A stretch of 63,494 nucleotides of DNA, filler included, from Octopus bimaculoides (Eukaryota): the NCBI RefSeq assembly GCF_001194135.2. It is 5 parts of 5 records of this genome, joined end to end, with 100 filler letters (N's around TTAATTAATTAA, not from the genome) between each part and the next. Parts side by side here need not be neighbours in the genome. Positions count along the whole stretch, not along the records: positions 1 to 30,412 come from NC_068983.1; 4 more parts are not named here. One strand, written 5' to 3'. Below the pieces are notes generated by a model. The model was given only the letters and a program-made list of their open reading frames with translations, was not told the origin of the DNA and ran no database searches. Shown here in pieces: positions 1 through 12,780 of this stretch (positions within the stretch are counted from its first letter, which is position 1; each line of letters starts with the position of its first letter). The position numbers and the translations under genes were made by a program.

Positions 1-595
1 TTTGTTTTCCTCGTCTGATAATCTTTCTTTTCTTTCAGGATTGTTCTAGGAACTGCACATATCTTATCTCTTTCTTATATCTTCTCTCTTGTCAAAGAAA
101 ATACTTCTCCAGTGTTCGCTATTTTACCCTCGTTCTGGTCTAAGGACCCTCCATGTTTGTTTTCGTTCGGTTTCCTTGTATGTTTCCTCCACTGTCCTGT
201 TTTTGTTCCCACCTTTGACCCTCCATAAATCCCAAATTTTATTTTGGTACTTATGGAGAAAATATCTTCGAAGACTCATATTGTAGTTCAATGCTCGAAA
301 TGAGGAGTAGATAGACAGACGACAACTGATGAAGGGTCGTTCTTTGTGCGTGGTGGGGGTTGCTTGTGCAGACAGATATATAATAGGCAAATTAATGATT
401 CGGTTGGAAAATTTGGTTGTTTTAAACGGATTATTATTGCGCAAAGCTAAAGTCGGACATATTTTAAAACTCACGACCGTAGCCTTGTTAGTTTCATCCT
501 TTGTCAGTGTGGTGTCTTTTGTCTGTGTCCATGGTACTTCATTTCATATTTCTTCAGTGCACTCTGCCTGAAACGAGTACCAGCGGCAACTATAG

Positions 596-985
596 TTATC
601 CGGGCAACATTAGCGGTATTTCGTCTGTCTTTACGTTCTGAGTTCAAATTTCGCCGTGGTCGACTTTGCTTTTCATCCTTTCGGGCGCGATAAATTAAGT
701 ACCAGTTACGCACTGGGGTCGATGTAATCGACTTAATCCCTTTGTCTGTTCTTGTTTGTACCCTCTATGTTTAGCCCCTTGTGGGCAATAAAGAAATAAG
801 AAACGTTAGCACGCCGGGTGAAATGCTTAGCGGTATTTCGTTCAAATTCAAACGAGGTCGACTTTGCCTTTCATCCTTTTGGGATCGATAAATTAAGTAC
901 CAGATGCGTACTGGAATCGATCTAATCGACTGAGCCCCTCTCCAAAAATTTCGGGACTTGTGCCTAGAGTAGAAAAGAGAAGAAA
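596..985 (+). mobile_element. Tandem/dimeric SINE, family B (two bodies with different 3' tails)
   Basis: Body ttagcggtatttcgt...gtcgactttgcctttcatcctttcggg-cgataaattaagtaccag occurs twice (about 610-720 and 803-930); same body recurs at 10740, 21601, 44411 and degenerately at 56430-57080. Confidence 0.8.
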
Positions 986-1711
986 AAAAGAATTCAACTT
1001 TGCATTCTAAGTCGTGTTATCTTTTTTCTTTGTTTTCAAATGCCAAAACTATTTAGGGAGCAGATTGTTGTTTATTTTTGTTGTGATAAAGTAAGATATG
1101 TTCAATGCATCGGAGTCTAAAGAAATTGGAACTAACTTCCGTATATGTTCTGCATAAGTTGTGGATGTACTCCACCTAAGCAGTTACATTCCAAGATGTT
1201 GTGATGCGATTTTGGCCGGGGGGTTTTTTCTGTTATTTTTTTTCAATAGCCTTATGTTAATATTTTGATGTGGATTTTATTTACGTCTTTATATTGGCAT
1301 TGTGTTACAATATGTGTATGGCTTACATAATTAATCTTCTATTTCTGTGAGAAATTCTACATAGGAAATAAGTATTCTCCGCTCGTATTTTCCTGATTCA
1401 TTTTGTTTTGGTAAATGCTGTAATATTTTCTCATAGCCCTGTGTTGCACATGTGTTGTGAGCCTACGAGATAGTGAAGCGAGGGGCAATCACAATATTGC
1501 AAAACACACCACAAAACAAAATTCGAAAATTAGACGGTGACAATCTAGGAACGTTGAATGTTAATTTAGGAACATCATTGTTAAGAAAAATCTATTGTTA
1601 GGATGAAACTTGAACAGTCCTGTATTTAGCAAAATAAAATAAACTGAAATAAGAGCTGTTCCCCATATACACGAATATATATATATATATATATATACAG
1701 AGAGAGAGATA

Positions 1712-1802
1712 CTGAGAAGGTTATTTGTTATGGCCGATCGCCTATACAGCGAAGTGCTTTATAGGTTATCCTCTGACCGGCCATGATAAACAACCTTCTA
1801 AG
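1712..1802. mobile_element. 91-bp palindromic MITE-like element flanked by TA
   Basis: Left arm ctgagaaggttatttgttatggcc matches the reverse complement of right arm ggccatgataaacaaccttctaag; inner hairpin cctata...tatagg; TA at 1710-11 and 1803-04. Confidence 0.6.
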
Positions 1803-2077
1803 TATATAATATAACATATATGTGTGTGTGTATATGTGTATATGTATGTATACATACATACATACGTACATACATACATACATATATATGCATGTATGCA
1901 TTTATGTATGCATATGTGTGTGTATGTATACATATATCAGTTATACACGTATACGAGACACCAATTAATTTTCGTCTATCCTATGTAGATGCGTCTCTAA
2001 TTACCTCATTTACTCTAATTTGTATCTTCATATTGAGCAAGATTTTATGCCCAAAGGGGATACACACACACACATCT

Positions 2078-2131
<54 letters not shown>

Positions 2132-2414
2132 NNNNNNNNNNNNNNNNNNNNNNNNNNNNNNNNNNNNNNNNNNNNNNNNNNNNNNNNNNNNNNNNNNNNN
2201 NNNNNNNNNNNNNNNNNNNNNNNNNNNNNNNNNNNNNNNNNNNNNNNNNNNNNNNNNNNNNNNNNNNNNNNNNNNNNNNNNNNNNNNNNNNNNNNNNNNN
2301 NNNNNNNNNNNNNAATGCATTTAGCTGGAGATTAACACCTACATAGTAATCCTAGTTAAAATCTACTTAAACACTGTTCTTTAAGACCTTCATAAATCTT
2401 ACCTCTCTTTTATT

Positions 2415-2453
<39 letters not shown>

Positions 2454-4052
2454 TGATATTTACATTTTCTTTTCTGGCATTGACCATTAACAATTGTTTA
2501 TATGTTGTATTCTCTGTTAATTTCCTCATTATCTCATTAGTCACTACTTCCATTCTTTTTCCTATTTTTCTTTCTTTTCTTTGTCCTGTGTCCCCTGTTA
2601 CTCCTTATTTGTTCTGCAACTGTTTCGCACTTCACATCTATCAAGTTTTCTCTCTCTCTCTCTCTCTCCTTCTCCTTCCTTAAACATTCTCTCTCCCTCT
2701 CATTCTAACTCTTTCAGTGACATATATACTCATTGTTACTGTTTCGTCTTCTCGAAGTCTCCCCCAAATACCAATGAGAGCGGGTGTCCCATTCTTTATC
2801 CTTACCACACGCTTCAAGCAAATACAGAAACGAACCGCACAGTAAAAGGTTACAGCAGTTAGAGAATATACAAAAGGAGAGGCATGAAGGTCACAAATCA
2901 AACTACAGCTGGACACAATAAAAACGATATTAACAACAAGAATACAGAAATAAGTTGTAGTGAAAGAAATATGTAAATGACAGGTCTACACAAATATCTT
3001 TCTGTATTTTTTTGGCCTTTTAATGTACTGTACTGAATAAGTGCTCGGGACAGCCATTTTATATCAGCTAATATTACACTAGCTACACTAGACTACATTG
3101 GAAGCAAGCTAGCTGAGAGCTCGTAAATAACAAATAAATTGGTCTGCCTACTGATGCGTAAGATGTTTTTTCTTTTGTTTTTCAACATTTTATGTATGTG
3201 TGTGTGTGTATATATATATGTTTGTGTGTGTATGTATGTATTTACATATATGACAGGTATATATTTCTATATACAGATAATTGTACATGTATATATATAT
3301 ANNNNNNNNNNNNNNNNNNNNNNNNNNNNNNNNNNNNNNNNNNNNNNNNNNNNNNNNNNNNNNNNNNNNNNNNNNNNNNNNNNNNNNNNNNNNNNNNNNN
3401 NNNNNNNNNNNNNNNNNNNNNNNNNNNNNNNNNNNNNNNNNNNNNNNNNNNNNNNNNNNNNNNNNNNNNNNNNNNNNNNNNNNNNNNNNNNNNNNNNNNN
3501 NNNNNNNNNNNNNNNNNNNNNNNNNNNNNNNNNNNNNNNNNNNNNNNNNNNNNNNNNNNNNNNNNNNNNNNNNNNNNNNNNNNNNNNNNNNNNNNNNNNN
3601 NNNNNNNNNNNNNNNNNNNNNNNNNNNNNNNNNNNNNNNNNNNNNNNNNNNNNNNNNNNNNNNNNNNNNNNNNNNNNNNNNNNNNNNNNNNNNNNNNNNN
3701 NNNNNNNNNNNNNNNNNNNNNNNNNNNNNNNNNNNNNNNNNNNNNNNNNNNNNNNNNNNNNNNNNNNNNNNNNNNNNNNNNNNNNNNNNNNNNNNNNNNN
3801 NNNNNNNNNNNNNNNNNNNNNNNNNNNNNNNNNNNNNNNNNNNNNNNNNNNNNNNNNNNNNNNNNNNNNNNNNNNNNNNNNNNNNNNNNNNNNNNNNNNN
3901 NNNNNNNNNNNNNNNNNNNNNNNNNNNNNNNNNNNNNNNNNNNNNNNNNNNNNNNNNNNNNNNNNNNNNNNNNNNNNNNNNNNNNNNNNNNNNNNNNNNN
4001 NNNNNNNNNNNNNNNNNNNNNNNNNNNNNNNNNNNNNNNNNNNATATATATA

Positions 4053-4097
<45 letters not shown>

Positions 4098-5099
4098 GTA
4101 TATCTATACATATATATGTATATATACTTATGTGTATGTATTGGTATCTATTTTTCTATTTATACTTGTTTCTATATCTAAAATTGGGGAGGGGAGTGTG
4201 TTTTTGTTTGGAAGGCGAAAGTTGTTGCCAATAATACATTTTTGAATCAGTGCGTGCCAATCTATATGAGACAAAAGAAAGGAAAATTATATATGTATGG
4301 ATTTAACAATATGGGAAGAATTTCGTCAAATGTGTGTAGTGCCAAATTAGATACTTCCTGATATTTAGTTTCCTACCGACCACTTCTTTTTACGTTGGAA
4401 TCCAATATCTGCCGGCTCTATGTCATGGAACAAGTAAATGAGGTTCAACATTTTTGTTCTAATTATTCCTTATATATATTACCCTGAGCGGACATTCATA
4501 TTGTCTCATTTTGCCTATTTTTGTGGTTTTCGGCATTAACGAGTGAGCCGTGATTCTGATTCAGTCTGCGAGATATAAGAGCCAAGTATTTCTCAGGTCT
4601 CACATTACATTCTCAAAAAGGAAGTGACATATGGAAAGCGTTGTTCTTGATAAATACGGGACGTTCTTGGTTAGAATGATTTTAGTCATACTACCGCTCA
4701 ACTTGAGTTGAACTGATGCAATACAATAGCGAAAATAACATCAACAACATATCATTGTCCTGGATCATTTCATGCTACTAAAACTAAATTGTATGAGAGG
4801 AAATCCTGCACCTATATAATATACATTAGTCTCTGTCCGATATTTTTCCAGTCAAGATAGCTAGTCTCAATACTCCATTTGTGATAGGCCTTTACTCGAC
4901 ACTAACCTTTTCCGCGCTCGTTAATTGACTTGTTGAGGAACAAATCTCATTGTAGATAACACCATAACATTTACGCACATTCTTACGCGTAGTTGACTGA
5001 TCACTATTCATACGCACAGCTGACTTAGCACTATTCATGCTGTTTGCCATAATACATCCCTCCATTTTGTAGCTTATGTGATATTAAGTATTATAGAAG

Positions 5100-6525
5100 A
5101 TTATATGTACCTTATGTAAGATATTTACTGCCGACTGTAATCCCATCACATCACAAAATAATCACAAACCAAGGAAGGAAACAATAAAGAACTGAGAACA
5201 ATACAATGTGGGATAAAATTGAAATCCTCTTGTTAGTTAAAGAAGAGATATGATCACCGAATTGATAAAGTAAACCATAACACGCTTATTGATTACAAGT
5301 TCACATCTACTGCAGTTGTATCATTTGCGTTCTGGAGGTAGAAACTATTACTCTAAGTTACTTCGCTTCAACTGACTACCAATAATAAGTAACAGATAAA
5401 TTTAGCAATGTAGAAACTTATACATAATTACGTATCATCCACGCTTGTGGATATCCCTTTGTAGTTGAAATGTAATACATGCATCACATTTCATCTACAG
5501 GGTTATTCTTTTGCTACTCAGGAACAGATAATAACTAGTATGTGACAAAATGATGTTTTAAAAATCTCACAGTGTGCAGCAAAAAGTTATTTTGTGCCTT
5601 TTGTTGGCACTTCGTCGCTTACGACGTCGAGGGTTCCAGTTGATCCGATCAGTGGAACAGCCTGCTCGTGAAATTAACGTGCATGTGGATGAGCACTCCA
5701 CAGACACGTGTACCCTTAACGTAGTTCTCGGGGATATTCAGCGTGAAACAGTGTGACAAGGCTGACCCTTTGAATTACAGGCTCAACGGAAACAGGATGT
5801 AAGAGTGAGAGAAAGTTGTGGTGAAAGAGTACAGCAGAGTTCGCCTCCACCCCCTGCCGGGGCCTCGTGGAGCTTTAGGTGTTTTCGCTCAATAAACACT
5901 CACAACACCCGGTCTGGGAATCGAAACCACGATCCTATGACCGCGAGTCCGCTGCCCTAACCACTGAGCCATTGCGCCTCCATTTTGTGCCTGACTAGGA
6001 TATAATCTACATCATCAGCAACAGCTCAGAAAGGTCTGGAATGTAGTACTTTTCCGTAAGATTTGACAGTGTCGCTAAAATCTTTCATAAGGCTATCTGC
6101 AGGACGGATTGTCCTGACTGTGGTTAAGACCGCACTCTTAGTAAATTTTATCCAAAGTTTAAAAATAAGGAAAATTCCAATAAAAAAGCAACCCGTTGTA
6201 AACGCAATAAACCTGAATTATTGTTCTACGGAACAGAGGTCAAAAGTTATGCATTGCCGAGGATAGAAGTTAGCTGCCCTGCTGTGGATATCTTATCTAA
6301 GTTAATGGAGAAAGTAAGAATCTTTTAAAGGAAAAATTTAAGCTCTTGGGCTACTGACTTTTCATTTACACATAGTATTATAGGCGCATCGGGTTGTAAA
6401 CCAACATTTTAACAGAAAGGACTAGAAAGGCTGGAGTTTTACAAGAAAGAATGAAAAAGCTGACCTATATCATTCCAAATGCGATTAAGATATAGAACAT
6501 TCCAAAAGTTCTCCATATGAGTCAC
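5100..6525 (+). mobile_element. Old decayed R4/Dong-like (RLE-type) non-LTR retrotransposon 3' half, interrupted by a SINE
   Basis: Frameshifted translation gives LYHLRSGGRNY (cf. LYxxRxxGGRGL), LQGYSFATQEQ (cf. EGYxFAIQEQ), YFSVRFDSVAKIFHKAIC (cf. RHDxVAK), KRNKPE..IEVSCPA and IIGASG in the expected order; boundaries approximate. Confidence 0.65.
5600..5981 (-). mobile_element. tRNA-derived SINE, family C, full length with 11-bp TSD
   Basis: Minus-strand head tggaggcgcaatggctcagtggttaggg...gtttcgattccc (A and B boxes); TSD attttgtgcct at 5589-5599 and 5982-5992; second copy at 10234. Confidence 0.9.
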
Positions 6526-6638
6526 TTAAAAGGAATACACACACGCACACACACACATACACACACACACACATACGCGCATGTGTGTGTATGTATATAT
6601 ACATACATACATACATACATACATACATACATACATAC

Positions 6639-7110
6639 AAGGAATAACTGGTGGAACATTCCCATCAAGACATCTGCTAAGAGTTAACATAAAAAGCCGG
6701 ATATTGTTGTTTGGACCGTCATAAAGGTCAGATGTCCTGCTGATTTGAATATTTCTCTGAAAAGGAAAGAGAAAGGGGATAACTATGGACAACTGTTTCG
6801 AAACCTCCAGCTTCTATATCCAGATTATAAAATCACATTTATACCAATAATTATTGGTGCACATGGTTTTGTAAGTAAATTCTTAAATGACAATGTGGAT
6901 AAGTCAGGGTTTTCAGAAAAAGAAGTCGACCGGCTAATTCGCACATTAGAGATACAATCTGTAAGTGAAACAGTAAAAATATGCCAGACTTCTCTCAAGT
7001 TTAAAATGAGACATTGTTTCATCTACATTCCAACGATCGAACTTTCTATCCTTGCTAGAAGACAACTCTTTTATCAACGAAAGGATTTAAATAATTAAAA
7101 GCAAAAGAGT
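6639..7110 (+). mobile_element. 5'-truncated R4/Dong-like LINE: RLE endonuclease C-terminus plus 3' UTR
   Basis: WWNIPIKT..KPDIVVW..CPADLNISLKRKEKGDNYGQLFRNLQLLYPDYKITFIPIIIGAHG matches the PD-(D/E)xK restriction-like endonuclease of R4-type elements; (ACAT)n on the 5' side, ACAT-like repeat on the 3' side. Confidence 0.85.
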
Positions 7111-7130
7111 ACATTCATGCATGCCTACAT

Positions 7131-7601
7131 GATGGCCGTCCATTCGCGACCGAGGAAGACCATTGCCGACCTTCAGGAACATTGTGCGCTTTAGGACTAA
7201 CTTATATTTTGCATTTGTGGCTCAAAATATATACTAAAAATAAGGTAAGCATATATAAGGAAAAAAAAAGCAGAGGTCGGCAATGCCTGTGCTGAGTTTT
7301 AGGTCCAATGAGGCTTGCACAACACCTCATTGACACTCTCCATTTTATTGACATTATCCAGTGACAAGCCGAAGTAAGATGTCTGGTGCCAATATAAGTT
7401 GCAGTCTCAGGGATGTGGGAGCGCCGTGATCTCTAGCATAAACCAGAGATCCCCAAATTGACCAATGCCATTCCCTGCATATTTGGTTTTATATCAGAGT
7501 GACGTTCTCCTAGAGACATGCTTCAACAAAAGCTGAGGGGCGCCTCACTCCAAGTGGTCTTTCAGCACGCCGGACACCATCCCGGAATTTCTGTGTACCC
7601 G
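7131..7601 (-). mobile_element. 5'-truncated RTE (BovB-like) LINE 3' end with 13-bp TSD
   Basis: TSD tgcatgcctacat at 7118-7130 and 7602-7614; minus-strand frames give GAPQLLLKHVSRR (cf. GRPxLRFKDVCKR), SIWGSLV and MRCCASLIGPKTQHRHC (cf. terminal CxxC..SRIGLxSHxRxC). Confidence 0.65.
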
Positions 7602-7949
7602 TGCATGCCTACATACATACATGCATACATAGATACATATATATATGTAAAGAAAGTATATTCGCACTTTTAAAACTGTTTATTCGCTTATTTGTAGAGA
7701 CAGGGTTGTAATTGTTGACTTCTAAGTATCTCTGATATTGGGAAACACCTCCAAAATAACCTCCTTTACATATATGCAAACGCACACTCACACATATGTA
7801 CACTTGTGTGCTTGCGCTTACGTATTCAAAAATCCCTGGAACTGTCTTGAATAAAACAAAAAGAAAGAATGATACAACGTCTTGCTTTTTCTTGTTAGTG
7901 AGTAGCCTGAATTCTGCGAAAAAGAATTAAATAGCTTCGAAGAAAGACA

Positions 7950-7994
<45 letters not shown>

Positions 7995-9696
7995 ACACAC
8001 ACAGACACACATATATATATGCATATGTGCACACAAATGTATATATGTATGTCAGGACGGATAAGTATATATATAACGAAGTAGAATGGGATTTGGTGGT
8101 ATACATATACAAGGCAACGTTGTGTGGTTTCCTGGAGATGTGCCTTTTACTTCAATGATGGAGACCTCTATTATGAACAGATCTCCACATAGGCATAACC
8201 ACATACGTGAGGCAGTAGTTGGGAGAATTTGGCAGTTATTTTTATTAAATCTGATAACAACGTTACGTCTCCCTTCAAGGATCATACAAATATACACACA
8301 TTCAAACACACATTCAAACACACATATATATGTATATATATNNNNNNNNNNNNNNNNNNNNNNNNNNNNNNNNNNNNNNNNNNNNNNNNNNNNNNNNNNN
8401 NNNNNNNNNNNNNNNNNNNNNNNNNNNNNNNNNNNNNNNNNNNNNNNNNNNNNNNNNNNNNNNNNNNNNNNNNNNNNNNNNNNNNNNNNNNNNNNNNNNN
8501 NNNNNNNNNNNNNNNNNNNNNNNNNNNNNNNNNNNNNNNNNNNNNNNNNNNNNNNNNATATATATATATATACATGTGACATCATAAAATATAAAGGAAT
8601 ATTATTTATGTTTTATTTGTATATTCCTTTGAATAGATAGAGAGATAGAGGAAGAGAGAGAGAAAGAGAGAGAGAGAGAGTATGTGCGTGTGTGTGGTGA
8701 GTGGGAAGAGAAAGATATACTTGCAAAATAAATGGGCTTGCACACGCTGTGAGCCGGGTAAGGAAAGACTGTGAAATCCAATTGCATGATTCGGCAAAGG
8801 GCACCAAAACATATCAGAAAAAATTATTAACAAGAATTTTGGCTGTCCGTCCAAACATTATTTGTTCTTACTATGTGATGACACACAATTATATTTGGTT
8901 ACTGTTCAAACAAAACGGTAGGAATTACGTGTATGGTGGTGGGTTGCAGAATCAATGTTTAAGACTTTGGACGTGATTCACCGATTCATCATATTTGACA
9001 AAATTCAGATTCCTTCAGGCAGTCACTAACAAATGCAAAAACAACAACAACAACAACAACAACAATGACGACGACGACGACGATGATGACGATGATGATG
9101 ATGAATAAAATAATTATTTGCAAAGCTAACAAAAATATACGAGAAAAGACAAAAATGGGACTTCTTCCATGACAACGGATTTCTTAACTTAGCAACAACT
9201 CGTCCGATCATTGGCAACAAACAATAGGAAAGAGTAGAAGGAAAAGAAAAAGGGACTAGGAAAGGAAGAGAACGCTGATCAAATTTGTAGGGGTATTCTG
9301 ACACAGACTACTTGAGTCAGCAAATGGCAAACAATCGAATTGGAGGGAGAAGAAGTAGAAGTAGAGTATTAGAGAAAAAATATACTTAGCAGAGAATCTA
9401 TCGTTAATAAACAAAAGCGTTTTCCAACGTGGTGTTACAGCAAAGTTGCGAAACGAAAATGAAATGGTGTCAGGGCAGTTATAGAAAGGAAAATATATTT
9501 CGTTTGTGTATTTGTAGATGCGTGTGTGTGTGTGTGTGTGTGAGGATATCCATGTATTCACACACATACAAACTACATAAATACATAATACATAAATACA
9601 AAATACATAAACATATATGTACATACATATGTAAGAGTGACTATTCATTGACGTGCGTGAACATGCAGACACGCATATATATATATAAATACGTAG

Positions 9697-9732
<36 letters not shown>

Positions 9733-10233
9733 CATACATAAATACATACATACATACACACATACACACACACATACATACATATATACATACATGCATA
9801 CATGCATACATATATACATACAAACATACTTACATACATACATACATACATACATACTTACAAACATACATACATACATACATACATACATACAAACATA
9901 CATACGTACATACATATGCCGTTGCTATTATGCAAAAATGTCGTAAGTCCAATATGTTGCTTTTTCGGTAAACGAAAAAAGTTGTTTCAGCGTTCTATAG
10001 CAAAACCGCTGTACTACAATTTTTGATATCTTGGTCAAATTTGGACATACAACAGTTTAACATAAAAGCAGAAACTTGATCAGCTGAAAATCCGTTCAGT
10101 AGGTCACAAGTTCGAAGTCAATGTCAGCATTTTCTATGTAAAAAAAAATTCGTTTCTACTCTAGGCACAAGATCCTCTATGTAAAAAAAAAATATATTTA
10201 TTCTACTGAACGGTATTCAGTAAATATTCAGTT

Positions 10234-10594
10234 GTTAGGGCAGCGGACGTGCGGTCATAGGATCGCGGTTTCGATTCCCTGACCGGGCGTTGTGAGTGTT
10301 TATTGAGCGAAAACACCTAAAGCCCCATGAGACTCCGGCAGCGGGTGGTGGTGAACCCTGCTGTACTTTTTCACCACAACTTCCTCTCACTCTTTCTTGT
10401 TTCTGTTGTACCTGCATTTCGAAGGGCCAGCATTGTCACACACTGTGTCATACTGAATCTTCCCTAGAATTACGTTAAGGGTTCATGTGTCTGTGGAGTT
10501 CTCAGCCACTTTCATGTTAATTTCACGAGCAGGCTGTTTCGTTGATCGGATCAACTAGAACCCTCGTCGTCGTAACCGACGGAGTGCCACAACA
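10234..10594 (+). mobile_element. tRNA-derived SINE, family C, 5'-truncated, with 19-bp TSD
   Basis: Matches the reverse complement of 5600-5960; TSD attcagtaaatattcagtt at 10215-10233 and 10595-10613. Confidence 0.9.
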
Positions 10595-10739
10595 ATTCAG
10601 TAAATATTCAGTTATAAGTAGTTTGCTTCTCACTCGAGTTTTCTTCTCTGCAAGCGAGAACCTTGAACAAACGATAACTAGTGTTACAGCTTCGAATGAA
10701 ATATACTTTCTTATTCAACACCACTCTAGTTTCCAAACA

Positions 10740-10932
10740 GCGAATTGGCAGAGTCAAGAGCACGCCGTGCAAAATGCTTAGCGGTATTGCGTCCATCATT
10801 ATGTTCTGAGTTTGAATGCTGCCGCGGTGGACTTGCCTTTCATTGTTTCGTAGTCGATAAAGTTCCGGTCCAGGTAATCAACTTACCCACTTCCTGGAAC
10901 TTGCTAACCTTGTGACAAAATTTGAAACCAAT
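10740..10932 (+). mobile_element. SINE family B, diverged copy with a third tail type
   Basis: gcgaattggcagagtc..aaatgcttagcggtatt..gttctgagtttgaa..gacttgcctttcatt..gtcgataa. Confidence 0.7.
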
Positions 10933-10999
10933 AATACTCTAGTTTCCGCTTCTTGTTCAAACTCAGATAATTAAAAACATCCAAGCATTTTACAGATCT

Positions 11000-11000
<1 letters not shown>

Positions 11001-11080
<80 letters not shown>

Positions 11081-11100
11081 CGTCCCTGTCTGTTAGTTTT
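11001..11100. repeat. (GATA)n microsatellite
   Basis: About 25 uninterrupted GATA units. Confidence 0.95.
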
Positions 11101-12629
11101 TGTATCCGCAAGTATCCTCATGGTATTTACGCATGTACTAGAGGACGCATCATATATCTCTACTTTGAGTGTATAAATGTGCATGCGATTTACGTTTGTG
11201 TGCTCTCATGTACACATAATCTGTCTATATGTAGCTGTGTATGTTGTGAATGAATGTATGTAAGGATTGATTGATTGATTAATTTGCTTGTATCTCAGGC
11301 GTAACTGAGCAACTCAAGTTACAAATGTATATACATGCCTAAGCTGCGCACTGCAGGAGCGAACTTGATTCCACACAGCTGTGAGACGTTCTGTTCCGCC
11401 ACCTGACTATGACAGCTTCGTTAAATAAAAAAAGTATAGGCTGTGTTTTAAAAGTAATTTATTTTACGAGTATCCATATGCGTTCACCGTGACTATATGT
11501 ATATGTATTTATATGTGACAAATACACATATGTATGTATAATTATATGCTTAATTTGTATGCAGATATATGTATTAGCATATATANNNNNNNNNNNNNNN
11601 NNNNNNNNNNNNNNNNNNNNNNNNNNNNNNNNNNNNNNNNNNNNNNNNNNNNNNNNNNNNNNNNNNNNNNNNNNNNNNNNNNNNNNNNNNNNNNNNNNNN
11701 NNNNNNNNNNNNNNNNNNNNNNNNNNNNNNNNNNNNNNNNNNNNNNNNNNNNNNNNNNNNNNNNNNNNNNNNNNNNNNNNNNNNNNNNNNNATATATATA
11801 TATATATATACACACACTCACACACACACATAGATGCACACACACGGATTTAAATGTGTCGCTAATGAGTTAGATTTTTTTCAAGGTTCGCTACCAGCCT
11901 AATAATCAATTAAGACAATGTTCCAATAACACCCATTCAATTAAATTTTATTCATATTTATCACATTGATGTGTAAGCTCTGCAATACAGCACCGCAAAC
12001 CTAGAATCAAAACCCGATATAATATGAAGATCAGTAGGAACAGGCATTGATGTTTTCGAAAATTATGGGTCCACGATAATTTCTTCTGAACTTTTAATCA
12101 AATTATGGATGAAATGAAATGTGATACGATACCGCATAGTTTTGTACAACTACTTTTTTGTTCTAGATTATGATCAGATAAAAGGAAAATTGCCTTTGAT
12201 TTGTGCTGTTTGAGACCTAAATTGAATTAAAGTAAGCCTCGAAAAAATTACACACTGCTCTTCCACGAATGAATCAGGATAATAAAGTATAAAGTCTGTC
12301 TTCGACAATACGATGTTTCTAATGATAGGTATATCAAATAACGGTCTGTTTTGAAATGAGTTCAAATTAATTGTGCGTTTCAGTTTACTTGCTGTTTGTT
12401 TGTTGCAATATCAAGCACTTTCGTTTAAACTAATTTGCCAAACCTGAAAGCATTTTTTTTATATCTAAAGAAGCAATCTAGAGCTAAGTGGAATTGTGAT
12501 CGTCTACATAAGTTAGAAAAAAAATACTTATTAAGGAACATGAAAACCGAAACTGCTAGATAAATAAAGTTGATTGTTTCTTATAAAGGTACCCGCTACA
12601 AATTTACACAAAACTTATATGAGCCTTCG

Positions 12630-12780
12630 CACACTGTATTCGTCTGCTAGAAATAGCAACCAAGTCTTGCTCAAACCACTCCTTATTTTCTTAAGAGAAA
12701 AGACACGTTGGGAAATGCTCACATAGAAGCACAAAAAGATTAGGTCGTCAGACTGGATATCCTCGATCAAGGCCTCATGT
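12630..12780 (+). repeat. Degenerate interspersed repeat (family D, probably SINE-like)
   Basis: ctgctagaaatagcaaccaagtct..aaaccac.. resembles 25680-25750 and, more weakly, 4560-4660. Confidence 0.4.

Noticed and set aside
1-474. Possible LINE/PLE ORF remnant on the minus strand
   Set aside because: No diagnostic motif identified with confidence; a profile search is needed
5905-5981. tRNA gene (A and B boxes present)
   Set aside because: It continues into a SINE body shared with 10234-10594 and is flanked by a TSD, so it is a tRNA-derived SINE head
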